A stretch of DNA of 63,817 bases, the filler included. It is 7 parts of 7 records of this genome, joined end to end, with 100 filler letters (N's around TTAATTAATTAA, not from the genome) between each part and the next. Parts side by side here need not be neighbours in the genome. Positions count along the whole stretch, not along the records: positions 1 to 10,750 come from SRR20825019_2952; positions 10,851 to 17,939 come from SRR20825019_2968; positions 18,040 to 29,223 come from SRR20825019_2969; 4 more parts are not named here. One strand, written 5' to 3'. Numbering within the stretch: the first letter of the stretch is position 1; each line of letters begins with the position of its first letter. Under the pieces are notes generated by a model, which did not search any database, was not told the DNA's origin, and saw nothing but the letters and a program-made list of their open reading frames with translations. A program made the translations under genes and the position numbers. This document shows, in pieces, positions 10,198-19,443 of this stretch.

Positions 10198-10750
10198 GCA
10201 TCACCTTCTTGAAGTGCGTAACCTTTCGGTCCGTTTCCACACGGCCCGCGGTACAGTCGATGCGGTCAATGATGTTTCCTGGCATCTGGACCGGGGCGAG
10301 ACGCTGGCAATCCTGGGCGAAAGCGGTTCGGGAAAGTCGGTCTCGGCGTCAGCGATCATGAACCTGATCGATTGTCCTCCGGGCGAGATTACCAGCGGCG
10401 AAGTGCTGTTTGACGGCAGGGATCTCCTGAAGCTTTCCGGCGAGGAACGGCGGCGGATCAATGGCAAGCGGATATCGATGATTTTCCAGGACCCGCTCAG
10501 CCACCTGAACCCGGTCTATCCTGTCGGCTGGCAGATCGCTGAAGCCGCCATGTGTCATGGCAAAGGCAGGGAAGAGGCCTTTCACCGCGCCCTCAGGCTG
10601 ATGGAGCGCGTCGGTATTCCGGAGGCATCGGCGGCGGTGAAAAAGTATCCGCACCAGTTTTCCGGCGGCCAGCGCCAACGGCTGATGATCGCCATGGCGC
10701 TTGCCCTGAAACCCGACATTCTGATTGCCGACGAGCCGACGACCGCGCTC
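10190..10750 (+). CDS. ABC ATPase (DppD-like), 3' truncated by the contig end
   Basis: Walker A GESGSGKS, signature FSGGQRQR, Walker B ADEPTTAL. Confidence 0.93.
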
Positions 10751-10850
10751 NNNNNNNNNNNNNNNNNNNNNNNNNNNNNNNNNNNNNNNNNNNNTTAATT
10801 AATTAANNNNNNNNNNNNNNNNNNNNNNNNNNNNNNNNNNNNNNNNNNNN
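10751..10850. other. Artificial contig spacer
   Basis: N run containing TTAATTAATTAA (six-frame stop linker). Confidence 0.98.
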
Positions 10851-10944
10851 GGTCGGATCGCCGCACCACGGCCCGACGACGCGCGGCTTCGCACTCCATT
10901 TCAAACTGCAGCTCCGTCCCGTTCAGCGGCCCCGCGCCGCGCCC

Positions 10945-11871
10945 TCAGTAATTCACCGTCACCACCACATTGTCCGTATACACTCCGACATAGGCGTTCT
11001 GTCCTGCGGGGATGCGGCCGTAGACGGTGAACACATTGTCGGTGCCGGTGCCGTAGCCCGATGCGCGGGTGCCGGAGGTGTCGCCCCAGGGGGCCGAGCG
11101 GCCGGGGTCCTGGTAGAGGTTATAGGACAGGGTTTCGGTGCCGTTGCGCAGGATGCGGTTGGCGGCATCGCCGCTTTGACCGCTGCCAAGGGACACCGTG
11201 TAGCTGGTGTCCGACGTGCAGCGTACCGTGATCGACGAGGACGCATCCTTGGGCTGCTGGATGCTGCTGGAGATGATGCCGAAGGCCAGTGGCGACACCA
11301 CCAGTTCGCAGCTGGGCACCACCTGGGCGCTGACGGTGAACGGGGGGACCGTGGCGGCCTTGCCCGGCAGGTCGCAGGCGATCAGGCCGTATTTCATCGA
11401 AATGTCGGCGCTGCCCGAAAAGGTCGAGCTGTAGCTGCCGCTGCCCACCGACACGCTGCGGCTGGTGACGTCGGCGTAGATCGGCACCTGGGCGCTGCCC
11501 GAGCCCAGGACCATCACCACCGGCACGTAGATCTGTTCGAGCACGCCAAAGCCTTCGCCGTAGCCCAGCGGGCGCAGCTGGTAGGACAGGGTTTCGCCGG
11601 TCACGCCGCGCATGTAGCGCGGGTTGTTGCCGCTGCTGGCACCGCCCTGCCCTGCGCCAAAGCTGAGGCACACGCCGACCACGTCGACCAGCTCTCCCCG
11701 GCACTCGACCGTGATCGTTCCCGAGGTGCGGTTGGTGGCCCCGCTGCGCACCGAGATGGAACCGAAGTTGATGTTGCTGACCGAGGCCGAGCACGCCGCC
11801 TGTGCCGCGCGCGGGCTCATCACCATGCAGGCCATCAGCAGGGCCGCGCATAGGGGCAGAAAGCGGGTCAT
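10945..11871 (-). CDS. Csu-type pilus tip/adhesin with two spore-coat-U (SCPU) domains
   Basis: Signal peptide; two SCPU-like units; LSYNLYQD...VYGRIPAGQ...YTDNVVVTVNY. Confidence 0.85.
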   Translation of the reverse strand: MTRFLPLCAALLMACMVMSPRAAQAACSASVSNINFGSISVRSGATNRTSGTITVECRGELVDVVGVCLSFGAGQGGASSGNNPRYMRGVTGETLSYQLRPLGYGEGFGVLEQIYVPVVMVLGSGSAQVPIYADVTSRSVSVGSGSYSSTFSGSADISMKYGLIACDLPGKAATVPPFTVSAQVVPSCELVVSPLAFGIISSSIQQPKDASSSITVRCTSDTSYTVSLGSGQSGDAANRILRNGTETLSYNLYQDPGRSAPWGDTSGTRASGYGTGTDNVFTVYGRIPAGQNAYVGVYTDNVVVTVNY

Positions 11872-14303
11872 TTGCAGGTCACCGGGTCGATCATGTCCTG
11901 CATGGCGGCGGTCTTTTGATAGGTGAACCGGGCGGTGCAGGTCTGACCCTGATGGCGGACCTTGACCGTGTTGTTGCGTCTGACCCCTTCCAGCCAGACG
12001 ACACCGTCATAGCCCACGATGAATTCATCCTCGGACCCGTTCAGGAAGGCGGCCGCACCCGTGGGCAACACGGCCCCGTTGGCGTCGCGCAGCACGGCCA
12101 GCACCGAGGGCGCGTCGTTGCCGTCAAAGTGGACCAGCTCGCCGGAATTGCGTCCCGGTATGATGTCGACCGCCGTGACCCCGACAGTGGCGTCGGCGGG
12201 CAAATCGTTGACGTTGATTGACACCCGGCTGCGCTGGTGCGAGGCGGCGCCGGTGATCACGGCCACGCCCTTGCCGTTGGTGCGCGCGATGGGGCGGTTT
12301 TGCAGATAGACCGGCACATCCGCCACGCCCACGTCAACGATGGCAAAGCCGTCGGTGACCGTGTTGCCTGCCGCGATGCGCCCGCCGGTGTAGACGACCG
12401 ACCCTTCGGCATCGCCACGGATATAGGTGGTGTCGTCGGAAAACTTGATGTCGCCCCCGACCTTGCCATAGCGGCCACGGTAATCGCCGCGCGCACCGGC
12501 CAGAAAGGTGCTGCCCTGTTTTTCAAGCTGTGCGGCATAGCCGATGTCGCCCACGTCCTCGCCCAGCGGTCTGGCCACATAGAGGCTGGCGGTTTGCGCG
12601 CCTGTCTCGTCACGGCCGGCCCCCGACCGCAGGTGGGTGCGGTTGCCCAGCGGCATAGACAGGTTCAACGCGAATTTCTTGTCATCGGTGTCGAAATTGC
12701 GCGATCCGGTCACGCTGAGCGATCCGCGCCCGCCTTTCAGGCTGTGACCGACCGACAGGGACACGATGCGGTCGGTCGACGTGGCACGTTCGGAATGGAC
12801 ATAGTTGATGCCCAGTTTCGAGCCCGCGCGCGCCAGCGGCACCGACAGGCTGACCACATCCAGCGCGCGGGGCGTTTCCAGCAGCGAGTTGCCGCCCGCC
12901 GCGATCAGGTCAAGGCCGGTGACCGAGGCCAGATCGGCAAAGCCGTCCTGCGAGCGCATGGTCGAGGCATTCAGGTCGACGCCTGCAACGGTGGTGCGCA
13001 CGGTGGCGTGGAAAAAACCGGCGGTGACGTCGTTGAACTGGCTGGCGCCTGCGGTCATCGACACTTCGCCCAGCGAGAAGGGCACGAAATTCGCGCCAAC
13101 CCCCAGCAGGGTCAGGTCGGTCGTGGTCTCGAAATGGCCCTCGAGCGTCACTTTCTCGGACCAGCCATAGCGCAGGCTGCCCGAGACGATCAGGTCATCG
13201 CCGTAGCTGTTGTTCGCGGTACCGTAGTCCTCGCGGGCAAAGCCCACTTCGAGCGCATAGTCGGCCATGCCCGGTTTGATCAGGTTGCGCGCGGTGAAGA
13301 AGGACACGCGGCGGCGTTGTTCGCGGCCCTGTTCGTCGCGCACGACGATGGTCGCGTCCCCCGCCCCGGTGTGCAGTGGCAGGTCCTCGATGCGAAAGGG
13401 GCCGCTGTCGACATTGGTGGAATAGGCGCGGTTGTTGTCGATGAATACGTCAACCGTCGAGGGCACGGCGGCGGCGCCTGCAAAGGTCAGAAGCTGGTCC
13501 TTGACCAGATCGCTGCGCAGGCCGAAATCGCGGCGCACCTGAAAGCCGCCCATGCGGATCGGGCGGCTCCATTGCAGGCCCGAGGTGGTCACATCGCCAA
13601 AGGTATAGGTCAGCGCGCGCTTGGTATCGACCACCTCGAAGTTGGTCTCGAAGCGCAGGAATTTGCGGGCGTCGGCAGAGGCGCCCGCAAAACGGTAGAG
13701 GCCGGTGGTGTTCAGCGTGCCCCAGGGCGAGAAAACGCGGGCGTCCAGTGCGGCGCTGACGTTGTTCATGTCCAGCCCCGAAAGGCCGCCCGTGGCGCTG
13801 AAGTCGGCGGCGACGTTGTAGTTCAGCACCGCGCCCGAGGACCGGTCGGGGGTTTCGAAGGCCGGTGTGCTGGCGGCGGAAATCACGCGCGGTTCCAGCG
13901 CCTGGAACGGTGCCTCGATATAGATCTTTTGCGCGGTGGCGTCGTAGTTGAAGCTGAGCCCCGGGATACTGTCGAGATAGACGGTTGATCCCAGCCCCGG
14001 CGGTGCCTTGATCCCGATCTCTTCCAGTTCGCTGCGGGTCGAGGACAGGCGGTTTTCGGCGGGGTGGGCCATGAATTCGGCAACCATGCCAATCTCGCGG
14101 CCATTGATCAGCACGAACAGGAACAACGGTGTGTCCTGCCCCAGATCAGAGAACCCGTCAGAGATGACAGCCGTGACATCAACAGATGTCGCCTGTGTCA
14201 CCTCGGTGGAGGGTTCATAGCCGTCGATGGTTTCGGGCATTGCGAACACAGGTCCGCAAAGCCCGCCCATCAACAGTGCGAGTATAAGGCGTTTGTGCGC
14301 CAT
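11868..14303 (-). CDS. Fimbrial outer-membrane usher (CsuD-like)
   Basis: 811 aa; signal peptide; GAVLNY, PSTVDVFIDN, GPFRIEDLP, VGYDGVVWL. Confidence 0.92.
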   Translation of the reverse strand: MAHKRLILALLMGGLCGPVFAMPETIDGYEPSTEVTQATSVDVTAVISDGFSDLGQDTPLFLFVLINGREIGMVAEFMAHPAENRLSSTRSELEEIGIKAPPGLGSTVYLDSIPGLSFNYDATAQKIYIEAPFQALEPRVISAASTPAFETPDRSSGAVLNYNVAADFSATGGLSGLDMNNVSAALDARVFSPWGTLNTTGLYRFAGASADARKFLRFETNFEVVDTKRALTYTFGDVTTSGLQWSRPIRMGGFQVRRDFGLRSDLVKDQLLTFAGAAAVPSTVDVFIDNNRAYSTNVDSGPFRIEDLPLHTGAGDATIVVRDEQGREQRRRVSFFTARNLIKPGMADYALEVGFAREDYGTANNSYGDDLIVSGSLRYGWSEKVTLEGHFETTTDLTLLGVGANFVPFSLGEVSMTAGASQFNDVTAGFFHATVRTTVAGVDLNASTMRSQDGFADLASVTGLDLIAAGGNSLLETPRALDVVSLSVPLARAGSKLGINYVHSERATSTDRIVSLSVGHSLKGGRGSLSVTGSRNFDTDDKKFALNLSMPLGNRTHLRSGAGRDETGAQTASLYVARPLGEDVGDIGYAAQLEKQGSTFLAGARGDYRGRYGKVGGDIKFSDDTTYIRGDAEGSVVYTGGRIAAGNTVTDGFAIVDVGVADVPVYLQNRPIARTNGKGVAVITGAASHQRSRVSINVNDLPADATVGVTAVDIIPGRNSGELVHFDGNDAPSVLAVLRDANGAVLPTGAAAFLNGSEDEFIVGYDGVVWLEGVRRNNTVKVRHQGQTCTARFTYQKTAAMQDMIDPVTCK

Positions 14304-14376
14304 GACATGAAAGTCCCGATTGCCTGTGTGGCCTTGACGGCTCTGATTTGCGAAAGGTCGTGTCGTCAGGTCGGGA

Positions 14377-14829
14377 TTAGCTGAAACACAGCGGGACGGA
14401 ATGCCGGACCTGCAGTTTCACGGCCTGTCCGCTTTGCTCCTTGCCGGGCAGACGGTCGACCAGAACGCGGTAGCATTCCCGGCCGCGCACGGCGCGTTTC
14501 TTGGTGCGTACGACGCGTACGGTCAGTTCCTCGCGCGGGTTCAGACGGGCCGCGGGCGGGCTGATGACCACGTCGCGGGTGGCCTTCATCCTGCTGGGGT
14601 CCTGGCCCTCTTTCCATTCCATCACGCGCAGTTGCAGAACCGAGGCTTCCTTGCCGTCTGCTTTCAGCGTCAGGGTGGTCTGGTTCGACGCGGGCACTTC
14701 CATGCGGGTCGGCGACACCGACAGGCTTTCGGCAAGGGCCGCGGGCGCGGCCAGCGGGGTCAGCGACAGCAATGCCGCGCCGAATCCGATGGACCGCAGG
14801 GCTTTGGTCTTGATGCTCGACTGTTTCAT
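14377..14829 (-). CDS. Pilus chaperone, PapD N-terminal domain only (CsuC-like)
   Basis: Signal peptide; LSVSPTR, ISPP, VRVVR, YRVLVDRLP, SVPLCF; only 150 aa. Confidence 0.8.
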   Translation of the reverse strand: MKQSSIKTKALRSIGFGAALLSLTPLAAPAALAESLSVSPTRMEVPASNQTTLTLKADGKEASVLQLRVMEWKEGQDPSRMKATRDVVISPPAARLNPREELTVRVVRTKKRAVRGRECYRVLVDRLPGKEQSGQAVKLQVRHSVPLCFS

Positions 14830-14843
14830 ATCCTGTCCTTTCC

Positions 14844-15338
14844 TCAGTATGTCAGAGTGACAAGAATGGTGTCGGAATACAGACCGGCGTTGTAGCTGCC
14901 TGCGGGGATCTGGCCATAGACGGGGATCACCAGCGGGATCGCTGCGGTCACATCGCCAGAATAGATATTCTCGGCGGCGGCGACGGCGCTGGAATGGCCC
15001 GCGTCCGCGTAGACCGAATAGGGCAGATAGTTGCCGTCGGTGCTGATCATGCGGCGGGTGCCGCCGCTGGCGTTTTCGCCGGAGCCCAGCGAGACCGAGA
15101 TGTCGCTGCGTGTCGAGGTGCAGATGACGGCCAGCGAGCCGGGAACGACCTGCGAGGTGGGGGCGCTGTTGTCGATGCTGGCAAAGGACAGCGCCGTGGC
15201 CGCGTTCAGCGTGCAGGTGTCGAGAACGACCGCCGACACACCAAGGTTGGACGTCACAGTATCCGCAGCAAAGGCGGGCGCTGCGACGGCCAACAGGGCG
15301 CCCATCAGGGCCGCCACTTTAGGGGTAGTGTGGTTCAT
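14844..15338 (-). CDS. Csu-type major pilin (SCPU domain)
   Basis: Signal peptide; Cys pair; VYGQIPAG.Y.AG.YSDTILVTLTY. Confidence 0.88.
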   Translation of the reverse strand: MNHTTPKVAALMGALLAVAAPAFAADTVTSNLGVSAVVLDTCTLNAATALSFASIDNSAPTSQVVPGSLAVICTSTRSDISVSLGSGENASGGTRRMISTDGNYLPYSVYADAGHSSAVAAAENIYSGDVTAAIPLVIPVYGQIPAGSYNAGLYSDTILVTLTY

Positions 15339-15652
15339 TTTAACATCTTCCTACTTGTTAACAGCCCGGAACTGCCGGTTGGACCGGATCGGGCGACTGT
15401 TTCTATTTCGATGAACTTTGAGGCAAGACTTGGACGCTCGGGGGGAAATGTGCCGAAGCTTGACCGCGCAACTTATCATGCAAACAAGGGGTTAGGCAGC
15501 CCTCCGCGATCTCCTTCAGGTTGCGCAGATGGCGAAATAATCCTGAAATTGAGGCAGAACCGATAATTGGCCCCTGCAAATTGGGGTATTGTTCACGCAT
15601 TGGTGGCAATCCGAATACGGCAAAATTGGTGCAAATGCCCGGGCACGCACAC

Positions 15653-15683
15653 AAAAGGCGGCTGCATGAAGCAACCGCCTTTT
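15653..15683. terminator. Intrinsic terminator downstream of dctM
   Basis: AAAAGGCGG...CCGCCTTTT hairpin flanked by A/T tracts. Confidence 0.7.
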
Positions 15684-15707
15684 ATTCACGAGCCGTTGGT
15701 CCGCGTT

Positions 15708-17018
15708 TTATCTGGCAAACATCTGCGGCAGGAACAGGACAATGTCGGGATAGGCGATCAGTGCCGCCACGATCAGCAGATCGACAATGACGAACCAGAA
15801 CACGCCTTTGAAGATCGTGGACAGCGAGGCGATATTGCCCACCACGCCTTTGATCACGAACACATTCATCCCCATCGGCGGGGTGATCATCCCGATTTCC
15901 AGCAGCTTGACCAGCACCACGCCGAACCACAGCAGGCTAAAGCCGGTTTCGTCCACCAGCGGCAGCACCACGGGCAAGGTCAGCAGCATCGCCCCCACGG
16001 GCTCCAGCATCATGCCCAGCAGCAGATAGACCACGACGATCCCCACCATGATCAGCACGGGCGACACGCCGAACGACAGGATGGATGACGACAGCGCATC
16101 ACCAATGCCCGACAGCGCCAGAAAGCGGGTCAGCAGGCTGGCCCCTACCGCGATGATCAGCAGGGCGGCGGTTGTGGTGATGGTTTCGACAATCGCCATG
16201 CGCAACGCCTTGAGCGTCAGCGTGCGGTAGACCAGCGCCACCAGTGTGGACAGCGTGGCACCGATGGCACCGGCTTCGGTCGGGGTAAAGACGCCACCAA
16301 AGAGCCCGGCAAAGACACCGATCACGATCAGCAGCACCGGCCAGGTCTGGCCCAGCGCGCGGATCTTTTCGGCGCGGGTGGCCTGGGTGTGGACCGGCGG
16401 GGCAAGATCGGGGTTCAGTTTGACCCGCACCACGATCAGCAGCACATAGGCGATCAGGGTGATGACGCCGACGACCAGACCGCCCAGAAACAGCTGGCTG
16501 ACAGACTGGCGCGAGATGATGCCGTAGAGGATCATCAGGATCGACGGCGGGATCAGTGCGCCGATGGTGCCTGCCGCGGCAACCGTGCCTGTGGCCAGTT
16601 CGGCGCTGTAACGGTGGCGGATCATCTCGGGCACGGCGATCTTGCCCATGGCCGCGGAACAGGCCACGGACGAGCCGGTGACCGCCGCAAAGCCCGCGCA
16701 GCCAAAGACCGAGGCGATGGCCAGCCCGCCGGGCAGCCCCGACAGCCAGATCTGCGCCGCGCTGAACAGCCCCTGGGTCAGCTTGGTGTGGTAGCAGATG
16801 AACCCCATCAGCAGGAATGCGGGGATCGAGCTGAGCACCCAGCTGTTGGCAAAGTTATAGGGCACGATGCCCAGCGATCCCCATGCGATGTTCCAGTTGA
16901 ACATCGACCAAAGCCCCGCAAAGGACACGGCGATCAGCGACACGCCGATCGGGATACGCATGAGGATCAGAAAGAACAGGGCGCCGATGAACAGGCCTGC
17001 GATTTGAAGTTCAGACAT
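15708..17018 (-). CDS. dctM: TRAP transporter large permease DctM
   Basis: GSSVAC, GTIGALIPPS, FTPTEAG, ITPPMGMN. Confidence 0.93.
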   Translation of the reverse strand: MSELQIAGLFIGALFFLILMRIPIGVSLIAVSFAGLWSMFNWNIAWGSLGIVPYNFANSWVLSSIPAFLLMGFICYHTKLTQGLFSAAQIWLSGLPGGLAIASVFGCAGFAAVTGSSVACSAAMGKIAVPEMIRHRYSAELATGTVAAAGTIGALIPPSILMILYGIISRQSVSQLFLGGLVVGVITLIAYVLLIVVRVKLNPDLAPPVHTQATRAEKIRALGQTWPVLLIVIGVFAGLFGGVFTPTEAGAIGATLSTLVALVYRTLTLKALRMAIVETITTTAALLIIAVGASLLTRFLALSGIGDALSSSILSFGVSPVLIMVGIVVVYLLLGMMLEPVGAMLLTLPVVLPLVDETGFSLLWFGVVLVKLLEIGMITPPMGMNVFVIKGVVGNIASLSTIFKGVFWFVIVDLLIVAALIAYPDIVLFLPQMFAR

Positions 17019-17562
17019 CAGGCGTTTCTTTCGACAGATAGGGGTCTTCGACGGTCAGGATGCTCAGGCCACTGTCGCGGCCGAGGGCCAATGCGATCAG
17101 CTTCCACGCCGCCACCAGCGCCATCAGGCCAAAGCCCACGGGCAGCACGAAGTAGGTGGGCCAGATGATCACCTTGCCGCTGGCTTCGATGGAATAGGCG
17201 CCGGCGGCATATTTGGACATGGCTTCCTGCCCTGTGCGCACCGCCACGGCGGCCATCACCACGGTGGTCAGCAGCAGCGCGACAAAGGCCAGAACGGTCT
17301 GGACCGAATTGGGCAGCTTTTCGGCCAGCAGTTCCACGGCGATGTGGCTGTCCTTTTCTTCGACCAGCCCCAGCGGCAGGAACGCGATGGCGACCATGTA
17401 AAAGGCCGAGACATACAGGATCGTCGCATCAAGCGGCGTCGAGAACATGAAGCGCATCAGCACGTCGATCGTGACATGGGAGACAAGCAAAAGCACCATG
17501 ATGCCCGCAATGCCAGAGGCACCGGCGACCAGCCACGAGATGAGCTTTCCAATCGGTTTCAT
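17011..17562 (-). CDS. dctQ: TRAP transporter small permease DctQ
   Basis: Four hydrophobic segments, DVLMR, HIAVELL; lies between the SBP gene and dctM. Confidence 0.85.
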   Translation of the reverse strand: MKPIGKLISWLVAGASGIAGIMVLLLVSHVTIDVLMRFMFSTPLDATILYVSAFYMVAIAFLPLGLVEEKDSHIAVELLAEKLPNSVQTVLAFVALLLTTVVMAAVAVRTGQEAMSKYAAGAYSIEASGKVIIWPTYFVLPVGFGLMALVAAWKLIALALGRDSGLSILTVEDPYLSKETPDV

Positions 17563-17596
17563 CGTTATGAACGTCCTTGTTGGGATGTACAAAAAC

Positions 17597-17623
17597 GGGG
17601 CGCAAGGCCAAAGCCTGCGCCCC
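17597..17623 (-). terminator. Stem-loop after the TRAP SBP gene
   Basis: GGGGCGCA...TGCGCCCC hairpin followed by a T run on the minus strand. Confidence 0.55.
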
Positions 17624-17637
17624 TTAGACGGATCGGA

Positions 17638-17939
17638 TTACTGGCCGTATGTGGCCGGATCGACCTTGGAAATCACCTGATCCCAATACAGCTGTTGCAG
17701 CTCTTCCTTGGTCGAGATGTCGGCCACAAGACCGTACCATTTCTCAAGGATCGGTGCGAATTCTGCGGTGATCTCTTCGGCACGCTCAACGCCGTAGGTC
17801 TCCTTGAACAGACCCGATACGGTTTTCAGGTCCTGGGCTGCGAACTCTTTCACAGCCGCCAGAAGCTCGGGCGTGGGTTCGTGGAAGGCGATGCCCAGAT
17901 CACGCGATTTCTGCACGGCGGCGCTGTCGTCGGTGTAGA
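17638..17939 (-). CDS. TRAP substrate-binding protein DctP, C-terminal fragment
   Basis: Open frame from the contig end to ...KVDPATYGQ, directly upstream of dctQM. Confidence 0.7.
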
Positions 17940-18039
17940 NNNNNNNNNNNNNNNNNNNNNNNNNNNNNNNNNNNNNNNNNNNNTTAATTAATTAANNNNN
18001 NNNNNNNNNNNNNNNNNNNNNNNNNNNNNNNNNNNNNNN
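17940..18039. other. Artificial contig spacer
   Basis: N run with TTAATTAATTAA. Confidence 0.98.
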
Positions 18040-18412
18040 CCGCAACCGTCTGGACGCGGTGATCAGCTTTGCGCCGCTGCCCAAGGCGGTGATCCTGCAA
18101 GTGGTCGAAAAGTTCGTGCTGCAACTCGAAGCACAACTGATGGACCGTGGTGTGACCATCGAACTGACACGTCCCGCCGCCGAATGGCTGGCCGACAAGG
18201 GCTATGACAGCAAGATGGGCGCGCGTCCGTTGGGCCGCGTGATCCAGGAATACATCAAAAAGCCGCTTGCCGAAGAATTGCTCTTTGGCAAGCTGGCCAA
18301 AGGTGGCGTTGTCAAGGTCGGCATGAAAAACGGCGTGCTGGACCTCAAGGTCGAAGGGCCGGAAAACCGGCGCATCTCGGGCAACAAGCCGCCCCTGCTG
18401 ACGGCTGAATGA
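18040..18412 (+). CDS. clpA: ATP-dependent Clp protease ATPase ClpA, C-terminal fragment
   Basis: RNRLDAVISF...GYDSKMGARPLGRVIQEYIKKPLAEELLFGKL. Confidence 0.92.
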
Positions 18413-19380
18413 TCCGCGCGGTTTACACCGCCTTCACACTCACGCTCGCCGCAGGGATGCCTGCGGCGGGCGATCCTGTTTTGACCTCCCCGATTGACTG
18501 TGATCTAGGACGTGACTGCTTTATCCAGCAATATGTCGATCACGACCCCGGACCGGGCGCATCGGATTACCTGTGTGCCCCGCTCAGCTATGACGAACAT
18601 ACGGGCACCGATTTTGGCCTGCCCACCCTGCGACAGATGCAGGCGGGCGTGAACGTGCTGGCCAGTGCCCCAGGTACGGTCAAAGGCGTGCGTGACGGCA
18701 TGGTCGACCGGGCCTATTCCGCTGCCAATGCCGAACAGGTCACGGGCCGCGAATGCGGCAACGGCGTGGTGATCGACCATGGTGAGGGTTGGGAAACCCA
18801 ATATTGCCACATGAAACGGGGCAGCATCACGGTCCGCTCCGGCGACACGGTTCAGCGCGGCGCCGTGCTGGGTCAGGTCGGCATCAGTGGGCGCGCGCAG
18901 TTTCCCCACGTCCACCTGAGCGTGCGGCACAACGGCGAAACGATCGACCCCTTTGATCCCGACGGCGATATCACTTGTGACGTGCCCGACAGCAACACCC
19001 TGTGGCGCTCCCCGCCCGCCTACCGGGCTGGTGGCATCCTTGACGTGGGCTTTTCCGACAGTATTCCGACCTATGACGATGTGAAATCAGGCCGCGCCGC
19101 CAAAGCGGCTTTGCCCACGGACGCACCTGCGCTGGTGGTGTACGGATATGCCTTTGGCGGCCAGTTGGGCGACAAGATACGCGTTGTCCTGACCGGTCCG
19201 AAAGGCGATGTTCTGGACCAAACCGAAACACTGGGAAAAGGTCAGGCGCAGTTCTTCCGCGCGGTTGGCAAGCGCCTGAAAGGCGCTGCATGGCCTGCGG
19301 GCTCCTACGCGGGGACAGTCACACTGATCCGTGACGGCCGCCAGATCGACACCCGCCGCGCAGAGATCACGCTGCGCTGA
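18409..19380 (+). CDS. M23-family metallopeptidase
   Basis: Signal peptide; HTGTD (HxxxD), YCHM, PHVHL. Confidence 0.9.
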   Translation: MIRAVYTAFTLTLAAGMPAAGDPVLTSPIDCDLGRDCFIQQYVDHDPGPGASDYLCAPLSYDEHTGTDFGLPTLRQMQAGVNVLASAPGTVKGVRDGMVDRAYSAANAEQVTGRECGNGVVIDHGEGWETQYCHMKRGSITVRSGDTVQRGAVLGQVGISGRAQFPHVHLSVRHNGETIDPFDPDGDITCDVPDSNTLWRSPPAYRAGGILDVGFSDSIPTYDDVKSGRAAKAALPTDAPALVVYGYAFGGQLGDKIRVVLTGPKGDVLDQTETLGKGQAQFFRAVGKRLKGAAWPAGSYAGTVTLIRDGRQIDTRRAEITLR

Positions 19381-19386
19381 CGCGTC

Positions 19387-19443
19387 CTTCATCTTGCCAG
19401 AAAAACTCCGGGGAAGGCGCGAAAGCGACTGGGGCAGAGCCCC
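19387..19443 (+). repeat. Dispersed palindromic element, copy A
   Basis: CTTCATCTTGCCAGAAAAACTCCGGGG, hairpin CGC-GAAA-GCG, hairpin GGGGC-AGA-GCCCC; similar to 23405-23462. Confidence 0.65.

Noticed and set aside
10795-10806. TTAATTAATTAA recurring six times as a biological repeat or CtrA-like site
   Set aside because: Always centred in an identical N run; it is a six-frame stop linker added when contigs were joined.
15340-15362. CtrA site upstream of the Csu pilin
   Set aside because: The two TTAA half-sites are 14 nt apart rather than 7.
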